Below the pieces are notes generated by a model. That model did not search any database, was not told where the DNA came from, and worked only from the letters and a program-made list of their open reading frames with translations. The translations under genes were made by a program, and so were the position numbers. Below are positions 56,301-64,000 of a stretch of 64,000 nucleotides of DNA, in pieces. The stretch covers positions 4,864,001-4,928,000 of the forward strand of contig OY761158.1 in the NCBI GenBank assembly GCA_963664405.1, read 5' to 3'. The stretch comes from Thermoanaerobaculia bacterium. Its GTDB lineage: Bacteria; Acidobacteriota; Thermoanaerobaculia; Multivoradales; Multivoraceae. Each line of letters starts with the position of its first letter. The first letter of the stretch is position 1.

Positions 56301-58441
56301 GCGAGAAGCGCCCTGGCACCGAGCCGCCGCGGCTGGTCGACTCTCCGGAGGTGCACCCTCACAGCGAGCCCGCGTCTCCCATTGAGGTGGCGGCTGCTAT
56401 CGAGCCGGCGACTCCCATTGAGCCGGTGGCATTCAAGCCTAAGCGGCTCGAGGCCGGGTCGGGGCGCAGAGTGTTGCCGACCGCACCTCAGGCCGGGATA
56501 CTGGCTCTCGTGCTTCTCCTGGCACTGGTTGCCTTTGTCTTCTTCACCGCGGTGCCGGTCGAGATCGTGGTCTCTCCCGAGCCCGAGCGCCTGGCGCTGT
56601 CGGGTACCCTGCCCCTGCCGTCGGTCGGTGGCCGGCGTCTCGTGCGCACCGGTCTGCAGGTGATCGAAGCCGAGAAGGCCGGCTATCAGAAGCTCGAACA
56701 GAGCTTCGATGTGGGTCGTGGGAGCGGCCAGTCTTTCCGTTTCGAGCTCGAGAAGCTCGGTGGTGTTCTCGATCTCGAGCTGCAGCCCGCCGACGCTCAG
56801 GTCGAGATCGATGGGGCCGCGATCACTAACCTCGGCGACATTCAGCTGACGCCGGGGGAGCATCGGATCCGAGTCTCTGCCGAGAGGTATCGCGACTTTG
56901 ACCAGAGCGTGAGTATCGAGGGTCTGGGAACGACGACGCCTCTCGCCGTGACACTGGAACCGGCGTGGGCGAGCCTCTCCTTCACCAGCACTCCATCGAG
57001 CGAGTTGCTGCTCGACGGTCGCTCGCTGGGTCGTACTCCGACGACGGTCGAGATCCTCGAGGGTACGCACGATGTCGAGATGCGGGCCTCGCGCTTTCGG
57101 ACTGAGCGGCGTCGGATCGAGGTACGAGCCGGTGAAGATCGGTCGCTTCCGGAGGTGATTCTCGAGCCTGCCGTGGCCCGTCTTCGGGTGGAGAGCGTAC
57201 CGCCGGGTGCCACGGTTCTGATCGACGGCGAGTTCCGTGGCGAAGCGCCGCTGGATGTGGAAGTGGCTCCCGAGAGGGTCCACCAGGTGACGACTTCACT
57301 CGCCGGCTTTGCGCCCGTGCGAAGGGAGGTTTCGGTCGGGGCCGGGGAGGAGCACGACTTGCGCTTGGAGCTGAGCGCGGAGCTCGGTGAGATCCGCCTC
57401 GCAGTCGAGCCCGCCGACGCGACCCTGTGGATCGACGGAGAGGCCTACGGCCCGGCGACGGGTACGCTGCGTCTCCCGGTCGTACCCCTGGCCATCGCCG
57501 TGCGCAAGGACGGCTATGAGACCTACCGCACGACGCTCATCCCGACTCCCGGTATCGAGCAGGTGCTGCAGCTAAGTCTCACCAGCATCGCTGAGATCCG
57601 CGCTGCCGAGACCCCGCCCCGAGTCGAGAGTCCGTTGGGCCAGGACCTGGTGCTCATCGGCACCGGGCGGCTGACTCTAGGAGCGTCTCGACGCGAGCCG
57701 GGTCGGCGCTCCAATGAGACTCTGCACACCGTGGAGCTGACTCGGCCTTTCTATATCTCTGCGCACGAGGTCACCAACGAGGAGTTTCGCGAGTTTCGCG
57801 AAGAGCATCGCTCCGGCGCCGCCGGCGAAGTCAATCTGGAAGGTGACAACAAGCCCGTTGTACGGGTGACTTGGGAGGACGCTATCTTCTATTGCAACTG
57901 GCTGAGCGAGCGCGAGGGATTGCCTGCGGCCTATGAGCGCCGCGACGGAAGGTGGGTGGGCTCTTCGCCGATGACTACCGGCTATCGCCTGCCGAGCGAA
58001 TCGGAGTGGGCCTGGGTAGCGCGTTACCCCGACGCTAAGGACGCGCTCAAGTACCCGTGGGGCGCCAGCATGCCGATTCAGCCGAAATCCGGCAACTACG
58101 CCGATCGATCGACGGGCGCTCTGGTGTCGGGCTCGCGCAGCGGTTACAACGATGGCTTCCCGGCGACCTCGCCGGTGGGTAAGTTTCCGCCGAATCCGTT
58201 GGGTATCTACGACCTCGGTGGCAACGTCGCCGAGTGGGTTCATGATGCCTACTTCATCTACCCTTCCGGCGCCGAAGAGGTTCTGACCGATCCGCTTGGG
58301 CTTGAGGGGGGCGAGCTTCACACGATTCGAGGCTCGAGCTGGATGCACTACAGCGTTTCCGATCTTCGGCTGGCTCACCGCGACTACGGTAGAGACGGTC
58401 GGCCGGATCTCGGTTTCCGCATCGCGAGATACGCTCGTTAG
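56297..58441 (+). CDS. TM + about 5 PEGA repeats + FGE-sulfatase (SUMF1) fold (gene 4)
   Basis: S.P.GA.V.IDG repeats; HEVTNEEF, PVVRVTW.DA..YCNWLS, YRLPSESEW, DLGGNVAEW, GFRIAR. Confidence 0.9.
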   Translation: MSEKRPGTEPPRLVDSPEVHPHSEPASPIEVAAAIEPATPIEPVAFKPKRLEAGSGRRVLPTAPQAGILALVLLLALVAFVFFTAVPVEIVVSPEPERLALSGTLPLPSVGGRRLVRTGLQVIEAEKAGYQKLEQSFDVGRGSGQSFRFELEKLGGVLDLELQPADAQVEIDGAAITNLGDIQLTPGEHRIRVSAERYRDFDQSVSIEGLGTTTPLAVTLEPAWASLSFTSTPSSELLLDGRSLGRTPTTVEILEGTHDVEMRASRFRTERRRIEVRAGEDRSLPEVILEPAVARLRVESVPPGATVLIDGEFRGEAPLDVEVAPERVHQVTTSLAGFAPVRREVSVGAGEEHDLRLELSAELGEIRLAVEPADATLWIDGEAYGPATGTLRLPVVPLAIAVRKDGYETYRTTLIPTPGIEQVLQLSLTSIAEIRAAETPPRVESPLGQDLVLIGTGRLTLGASRREPGRRSNETLHTVELTRPFYISAHEVTNEEFREFREEHRSGAAGEVNLEGDNKPVVRVTWEDAIFYCNWLSEREGLPAAYERRDGRWVGSSPMTTGYRLPSESEWAWVARYPDAKDALKYPWGASMPIQPKSGNYADRSTGALVSGSRSGYNDGFPATSPVGKFPPNPLGIYDLGGNVAEWVHDAYFIYPSGAEEVLTDPLGLEGGELHTIRGSSWMHYSVSDLRLAHRDYGRDGRPDLGFRIARYAR

Positions 58442-58456
58442 AAGGGAGATAGCGAT

Positions 58457-58681
58457 ATGAAGATCAAACTCGTTCTGGTGCTGTTGGTGCTGCTGGCTCC
58501 TCTGCCTCCTCACTCGTCGTCTCAGGAGCCTGCGGAGCCGCCACCGGTGTCTGCACCGCAGACGGTGTCCGGGCCCACGCCGCCTTTGGATGCCGCTGAG
58601 GAGGAGGCCCTACTCGACGAGTTCGTTCCCAGTGAGCAGGTCTCCTTCGACAAGACCATTTCCTTTCCGGTCGACATCTGA
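58457..58681 (+). CDS. Small secreted peptide ending FPVDI (gene 5)
   Basis: Signal peptide, Pro-rich spacer, EFVPSEQVSFDKTISFPVDI; GGGAG RBS. Confidence 0.7.
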   Translation: MKIKLVLVLLVLLAPLPPHSSSQEPAEPPPVSAPQTVSGPTPPLDAAEEEALLDEFVPSEQVSFDKTISFPVDI

Positions 58682-58693
58682 GGTTTGTCTTAA

Positions 58694-59500
58694 ATGCCTG
58701 CAATGCGGCGCACCGGATCGTCCGAGTTCTTGTACCAGCTGGTGACCTTGTTTCTGGCCGTCATCGTGGTTCATGCGCTCTACGTGCTCGTCGTACGACC
58801 CCAGGCCGCCGCTGTGCTTGCCGAGCAGCATGCACAGATGCAGGTGGACCCGACCTATGTCCAGGAGCGGTCGGCGATGGTGGTCATCCGCGATTTCGAG
58901 CAGGAGGCATGCCTGATCTTGTTTCTGTGGGCGATGGCGATCATGGGGTACAAGGGAGTGCAGACGATCCGTGAGCGCCGATTCCTCGACCTGGATCTGG
59001 TCGGTATCGGCGACGGCACGCGTATTCTTGCCGAGGACGCGCGCCAGTATGCGCGTCAGATCCAGGCCTTGCCGATGGCTCAGCAGATGGCGCTGTTGCC
59101 ACGCTCGGTGCTGACGGCGCTCCTGCGTTTTTCTTCCACCGGCAACATCCAAGATGTGTCGACGACGGCTCACGCGCTTTGTGAAGCGGAGGCCGACCGT
59201 CTCGACTCCGAGTTGTCGATGGTGCGCTACATTGCGTGGGCGATCCCATCGATCGGGTTCATCGGCACAGTGCGGGGAATCGGCGACGCCCTCGGGCAGG
59301 CACATCAGGCGGTCGAAGGCGACATCGCCGGCGTCACCCAGAGTCTTGGCGTAGCTTTCAACTCGACCTTCATCGCTCTGCTCCTGTCCATCGTTCTGAT
59401 GTTCCTGCTTCATCAGCTGCAGCTCAACCAGGAGCGGCTGGTGCGCGAGAGCGAGACCTATCTCGACCAGGGCTTGATCCAGAACCTGCAGGCCTCTTGA
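58694..59500 (+). CDS. MotA/TolQ/ExbB proton channel family protein (gene 6)
   Basis: AIPSIGFIGTVRGI and LGVAFNSTFIAL helices; two additional N-terminal hydrophobic segments. Confidence 0.9.
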   Translation: MPAMRRTGSSEFLYQLVTLFLAVIVVHALYVLVVRPQAAAVLAEQHAQMQVDPTYVQERSAMVVIRDFEQEACLILFLWAMAIMGYKGVQTIRERRFLDLDLVGIGDGTRILAEDARQYARQIQALPMAQQMALLPRSVLTALLRFSSTGNIQDVSTTAHALCEAEADRLDSELSMVRYIAWAIPSIGFIGTVRGIGDALGQAHQAVEGDIAGVTQSLGVAFNSTFIALLLSIVLMFLLHQLQLNQERLVRESETYLDQGLIQNLQAS

Positions 59501-59503
59501 TCG

Positions 59504-60892
59504 ATGAGTATTGCGATCGAGATCAACGACGCCGGCCTTTGCGCCGCGGCGGCGTCCAAGGGACTGCTCGATCTCCACAGCCCAGGGATCGCGCTTCTCG
59601 ACGGGGCGACGTTGAGGGTCGGTACTGTTGCCGCTGAGAGCGCGCGTCTGCGTCCTACTCATGTCCACGACCGTTTCTGGGCCGAGCTTGGTCACGAGCC
59701 ACTGTCGCGCCCCTTCCCCCGCGAGTGGAGCGCCGCCGACCTTGCCCACGCCCACCTCGCGGACTTCAGAGCCGGGCTCGGCGAGAGTGTCGACGATGGC
59801 GTGGTTCTTGTGCTGCCCGGATCTTTCTCAGCGCAGAGTGCCGCCCTCCTTCTCGGTATCGCACGAGCGGCGGGGCTACCTGTCGACGGTCTGGTCGATT
59901 CCGCGGTTGCCGCGCTGGCGCGGGGCCGCTCTGCGGGCTCCGGCCCCGTGCTCCATGTCGATTTGGAGCTCCACCGGGCGGTGGTGACGAGCCTCGTCCT
60001 CAGCGGCGGTGTCGTCAGGGAGCGGGTCGAATTGTTGGAGGGTCTGGGTCTGCGAGCCTGGCGCGACGCGGTTGCCCGGAGGATCGCCGAGCTCTTCGTT
60101 CGCGAGACGCGCTTCGACCCCTTGCACTCGGCCGAGAGTGAGCAGGCCCTGCATCTGCTTCTGCCGGCGGTTCTCGACGGCCTCACCAAGAGTGGCGCCA
60201 CCGATGTCGTCCTCCCCGCCGTCGGAGGAGAGCGGCGGCTACGAGTGACTCGAGAAGAGATAAGCCAGGCGCTCGAGCCCCTCACCCACGAGCTGGCGAC
60301 CGCCGTGTCGGTGCGCTTGGCCTCTCTCGGCAGCTCGGCATTGGCTGTTTCGCATCGAGTGGCCGCCCTACCGGGTGTCACCGGCCGCTTCGAGGAGGCG
60401 TCGACAGCGGTCGCAACCCGGCTGCCGGTTGGCGCGGCCGTTCTCGGTGCGGTCGAGCGCGCTGACGAGATCCGGTCGGGAAACGACGCCTTGCCCCTGG
60501 TAGTGCGCCTCGGATCGCAATCGAGCATGACGGCGTCGGACTCGCAAGGGGTTGGTGCGAGCGAGGGCCGTCGCGGGGCGACCCACGCTTTGATCGATGG
60601 AGTAGCCCATTCTCTTCTCAACGCGCCTCTGGCTGTGGGCGTCTCGGTTCCCTCGACGCTCCGCGGTGTGGATCTCGAAGGGGAGGTCGCGGGCATCTCG
60701 CGTCACCACTGCACTCTGGAGTACCTCGAAGGTCGCGCTACGGTGACCGACTGCAGCACCTGGGGAACCTTCTTGAACGACCAGAAGATCGATGCGCCGA
60801 CGGAGGTCCATGCCGGCGATCGAGTTCGCCTAGGGTCTCCAGGGGTGGAGATTCGGATGATTGCCTTGGCGGAGGAAGATGGCTCGGCGTAG
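59504..60892 (+). CDS. Degenerate Hsp70/actin-fold + C-terminal FHA protein (gene 7)
   Basis: VLVLPGSF...ARAAGLPV.GLVD.AVAA; LHVDLELH; ISRHHC...D.STWGTFLN...GDRVRLG. Confidence 0.7.
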   Translation: MSIAIEINDAGLCAAAASKGLLDLHSPGIALLDGATLRVGTVAAESARLRPTHVHDRFWAELGHEPLSRPFPREWSAADLAHAHLADFRAGLGESVDDGVVLVLPGSFSAQSAALLLGIARAAGLPVDGLVDSAVAALARGRSAGSGPVLHVDLELHRAVVTSLVLSGGVVRERVELLEGLGLRAWRDAVARRIAELFVRETRFDPLHSAESEQALHLLLPAVLDGLTKSGATDVVLPAVGGERRLRVTREEISQALEPLTHELATAVSVRLASLGSSALAVSHRVAALPGVTGRFEEASTAVATRLPVGAAVLGAVERADEIRSGNDALPLVVRLGSQSSMTASDSQGVGASEGRRGATHALIDGVAHSLLNAPLAVGVSVPSTLRGVDLEGEVAGISRHHCTLEYLEGRATVTDCSTWGTFLNDQKIDAPTEVHAGDRVRLGSPGVEIRMIALAEEDGSA

Positions 60893-61970
60893 GCTCAGCG
60901 TTTTCTCGCTGTCGTTCCTCGACGCCATTACCTGCGGCTTCGGGGCGGTGATCCTCTTCTTCATGATCATCAACGGCTCGGTCGGCGTGCGCGCCGGGCG
61001 TCTCACCTACGACCTGCGAGCCGAGGTCGACCGGCTCGAGAAGGAGGTGCTCGAGGGGCACGAGAATCTCGTCGACGTACGCAACTCCAAGCGGCGGCAG
61101 GATCGCGAGCTGGTCCAAACCCAGGGACTCTCGCGCCGAGTCCTCTACGACCTGACCCGAGTCGAGCAGGAGCTCGCTGCCTCCGACAAAGACACTCTGG
61201 CGACGCGGGAGCACTTCAACCGGCTCAAGAGCGACATTCAGGCGGCCGAAGAGGCGAATCGGCGGCTTTCGGCCCTCTCTCCATCCGATTCGGTGCCCGG
61301 CGACCGAGTGCGAGCTTTTCTGGGTGAAGGGGATCGCCAGTACCTCACCGGGTTGAATCTGGGTGGCAATCGCATCCTCATCTTGGTCGACGCCTCCGCC
61401 AGCATGCTGGGTGAGAGGTTGGTCAACGTCTTGCGGCGGCGCAATCTCGATCCACGCGTTCGGCGCCAGGCTCGCAAATGGCAACAGGCGGTGGCTACGG
61501 TCGAGTGGCTGCTGACGCAGCTGCCCGAAGGTAGCGAGTTTCAGGTCTACTCGTTCAATACCGCGGCCGGGCCGGTGTTGGCTTCTAGTGGCGGCGGCTG
61601 GCTGCGGGCCGACGATCGATCCAGCCTCGACGGCTTGGTTACCGAGCTCAAGAGGTTGGTCCCCGACGGTGGTACGAGTCTTCACGCCGCCTTCTCGGCG
61701 GTAGCGCAAATGAAGCCGCGCCCCGACAATCTCATTCTGCTCACCGACGGCTTGCCGACCCAGGGCGAGAAAGTGGCGAAGGGAGGGACGGTCAGCGGCC
61801 GGCAGCGAATGAGGTTCTTCAACCGAGCTGTCGACGAGCTACCCAGGTCGATGCCGGTGAACACCATTCTCTTCCCGATGGAGGGCGATCCGCTGGCCTC
61901 GAGCGCCTATTGGCAGCTGGCGGCGGCGACACGAGGGTCCTATCTGACGCCGACGAGGGACTGGCCTTGA
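60879..61970 (+). CDS. ExbD/TolR-like TM + coiled coil + vWA protein (gene 8)
   Basis: FSLSFLDAITCGFGAVILFFMI; DASASM, GGT, LTDG. Confidence 0.85.
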   Translation: MARRRLSVFSLSFLDAITCGFGAVILFFMIINGSVGVRAGRLTYDLRAEVDRLEKEVLEGHENLVDVRNSKRRQDRELVQTQGLSRRVLYDLTRVEQELAASDKDTLATREHFNRLKSDIQAAEEANRRLSALSPSDSVPGDRVRAFLGEGDRQYLTGLNLGGNRILILVDASASMLGERLVNVLRRRNLDPRVRRQARKWQQAVATVEWLLTQLPEGSEFQVYSFNTAAGPVLASSGGGWLRADDRSSLDGLVTELKRLVPDGGTSLHAAFSAVAQMKPRPDNLILLTDGLPTQGEKVAKGGTVSGRQRMRFFNRAVDELPRSMPVNTILFPMEGDPLASSAYWQLAAATRGSYLTPTRDWP

Positions 61971-62974
61971 AGAAGCGCCGCCGCGAAGCCGACCCGTTCT
62001 CGCTGTCGTTTCTCGACGCCATCTGCTGCGGCTTCGGTGCGATCATCATGCTCCTCGTGCTGACCAAGATCGGCGAGCCGGCGGCGATCGAGCAGGCGAG
62101 TGAAGATCTTCACGGGCTGGTGGCGCGTCTTGAAGAGGAGCTATTCGAGATCCGTGGTGAGACCCGCATCCTCAATCGGGATCTGGTGAGCAAAGAAGAG
62201 CAGATCTCCAAGGAGCGCGAGCGCATCGCCCGTCTCGAAGGCGACCTCAGCGAGATCCGCGGCGAGTTCGCGGCCAGCCGGGAGCTCAGCGAAGTCAGTG
62301 ACATCGTCGAAGGAGCGCTGGTGGCGGCGCAACAGGAGCTCAGCGAGGAGATGGAGCGTCTGCTCGGCCGCGATTTCCGCAGAGCCGAGACCGATACGAC
62401 GATCGGGGGCATTCCGGTCGACAGCGAGTACATCATCTTCATTGTCGATACCTCCGGCAGCATGCGTACCTTTGCGTGGCCGGCGATGATGGCCCGGATG
62501 GAAGAGATTCTCGAGGTCTATCCCGCGGTCAAGGGGATCCAGCTGATGAACGACATGGGCCAGTACCTGTTCACTTCCTACGCGGGGAAGTGGATTCCCG
62601 ACACGCCTGGGCGCAGGCGCATCCTTCTTCGGGAGCTGCGCAACTGGGCCGTGTTCTCGAACTCCAGCCCGGTCGAGGGCATCCAGCGGGCGATTCGCAC
62701 CTACGCCAACGGCCGCGACAAGATCTCGCTCTACGTGCTGGGAGACGAGTTCAGCGGCGGGTCCATCGACTCGGTCGTACGCGCGGTCGATCGCCTCAAT
62801 CGGGTGGACGCACGGGGTGAGCGCTTGGTTCGTATCCACGCTATCGGCTTTCCTGTCATGTTCGGGAATGTCGGAGTCAGCGCCAATACCGGGGTCCGCT
62901 TCGCCACCCTGATGCGGGTTCTATGCGAACGAAACGGCGGCTCGTTCGTCGGTTCGCGTAGCTTGATCCCGTGA
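61967..62974 (+). CDS. ExbD/TolR-like TM + coiled coil + vWA protein (gene 9)
   Basis: FSLSFLDAICCGFGAIIMLLVL; DTSGSM, LGDE; TTG start overlaps the upstream TGA. Confidence 0.85.
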   Translation: MKKRRREADPFSLSFLDAICCGFGAIIMLLVLTKIGEPAAIEQASEDLHGLVARLEEELFEIRGETRILNRDLVSKEEQISKERERIARLEGDLSEIRGEFAASRELSEVSDIVEGALVAAQQELSEEMERLLGRDFRRAETDTTIGGIPVDSEYIIFIVDTSGSMRTFAWPAMMARMEEILEVYPAVKGIQLMNDMGQYLFTSYAGKWIPDTPGRRRILLRELRNWAVFSNSSPVEGIQRAIRTYANGRDKISLYVLGDEFSGGSIDSVVRAVDRLNRVDARGERLVRIHAIGFPVMFGNVGVSANTGVRFATLMRVLCERNGGSFVGSRSLIP

Positions 62975-63203
62975 CCAGATGGATGGCATCGAAACACCGC
63001 CTACGATCCGCGTGGCCACGCGGTAGCGAGAGTATCTCCGCCCCCCTCTCGCCGTGATACTTTCTGGCGCCGGTTCTCTTGCTGCACAGCTCAGAGTGGG
63101 ACGTGAGCGGGTAGGGCTGGGGTCGAGCTCAGCGCCGGATACGCAGGCCTTCAAGAGCTGTGACGCTTCGGCGCCGTAACGGGTGAGCCGGCCACTGGCG
63201 GCG

Positions 63204-64000
63204 ATGCGACACCTCTATGTTTCGGGACCTGGACGGCACGCTTCTCGGCAGCGACTGCACGCTCTCCAGTCGTTCGCGACGCTTGCTCAACCAGACCCTC
63301 GACCAAGGTGCGCTGATCACGGTCGCGAGTGCACGGAGCATCCATTCGCTGAAGCCTCTGCTGCCCGGGCTGCGCCTGAGGCTCCCGGTCATCGAGTTCA
63401 ATGGCGCCTTCATCAGCGATTTCGAGACAGGTCGCCATGAAGTCGTGCATGGGCTCGAGCCGAGCGTCGCTGAGAAGGCGTTCGAGTTTCTGGCAGCCGA
63501 GACGGTCGTGCCAATGGTGAGTAGCTACGACGGAGAAAGGGACTCGGTCTACTATGGCGACCCTCCCAACGACGGAACGAGCACCTATCTGAACGGTCGC
63601 TTCGAGGCTGGGGATCCTCGGATGCAGCCGGCAGGCGACCCCGGACGACATCTCGACGAACAAGTCGTTTGTCTCACGGTGATTGACCATCGCGAGCGCC
63701 TGGAGAGCTTGGTCCCGAGAATCAGGGAGCGCTTCCGAGGCCAGGTTCAGATGCACTGTTTCCCGGATCTCTATCAACCGCCGTGGTGGTGGCTCACCCT
63801 CCACTCGCCGCGGGCGACCAAGGCGGCTGCGATCTCCGACCTGTTGAAGAGATGCAGCCTCGAGGCCGCCGCGCTGGTGGCGTTCGGCGATCAGAGCAAC
63901 GACCTCAGCATGTTCGAGATCGCCGGGCTCAGCGTGGCGGTCGAGAACGCGATCGACGAGGTGAAGGCTCGGGCGCACCACGTCATCGGGTCCAACGACG
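63204..64000 (+). pseudogene. Cof-type HAD-IIB hydrolase with a +1 frameshift, truncated by the window edge
   Basis: MRHLYVS, an extra G near 63225, then DLDGTLL...VASARS...FGDQSNDLSMF...VAVENA. Confidence 0.75.

Noticed and set aside
56297-58441. Sulfatase-maturing FGE for the sulfatase at 38619
   Set aside because: Catalytic cysteines are absent, it is 16 kb away, and it is embedded in a different operon.
54402-60892. Type VI secretion locus (PpkA/TagR/Fha)
   Set aside because: No tssB/C/J/K/L/M, hcp, vgrG, clpV or pppA in the window.
58694-62974. Zorya anti-phage system or flagellar stator
   Set aside because: No long ZorA tail, no OmpA-like peptidoglycan-binding B subunit, and no ZorC/D/E or flagellar genes.
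1-64000. CRISPR array, tRNA, rRNA, integron attC array
   Set aside because: By eye I saw no regularly spaced repeats or recognisable RNA gene signatures; a covariance search was not possible.

Overview
GC-rich bacterial window, probably from an Acidobacteriota (Thermoanaerobaculia-like) genome. That assignment is an inference from a Ser/Thr kinase-PD40 protein, a lineage-typical C-terminal domain found in two proteins, and an LPVEL-type C-terminal motif. I found no rRNA, tRNA, CRISPR array or transposase. Bases 1-52 kb are an accessory patchwork: three adjacent type II toxin-antitoxin pairs, a Fic protein, many catabolic or secreted enzymes (enolase-family, PhoD, SDRs, GSTs, F420-type enzymes, TauD, sulfatase, epoxide hydrolases, MBL), and an ECF sigma/ZAS anti-sigma operon whose promoter motif recurs 18 kb away. 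This part also carries about ten gene relics, several being short diverged copies of nearby genes, and a 179-bp MITE. The main candidate novel system is a tightly coupled nine-gene operon at 52551-62974. It encodes a lipoprotein, a secreted protein, a membrane Ser/Thr kinase, a 5xPEGA protein with a non-catalytic FGE fold, a small secreted peptide, a MotA/TolQ/ExbB channel, a degenerate Hsp70-fold-FHA protein, and two proteins with an ExbD/TolR-like Asp-bearing TM helix, a coiled coil and a vWA domain. It looks like a phosphorylation-regulated, ion-motive-force-driven envelope motor with no TonB, T6SS or flagellar partner in view. All family calls come from motif recognition only; no database search was run.
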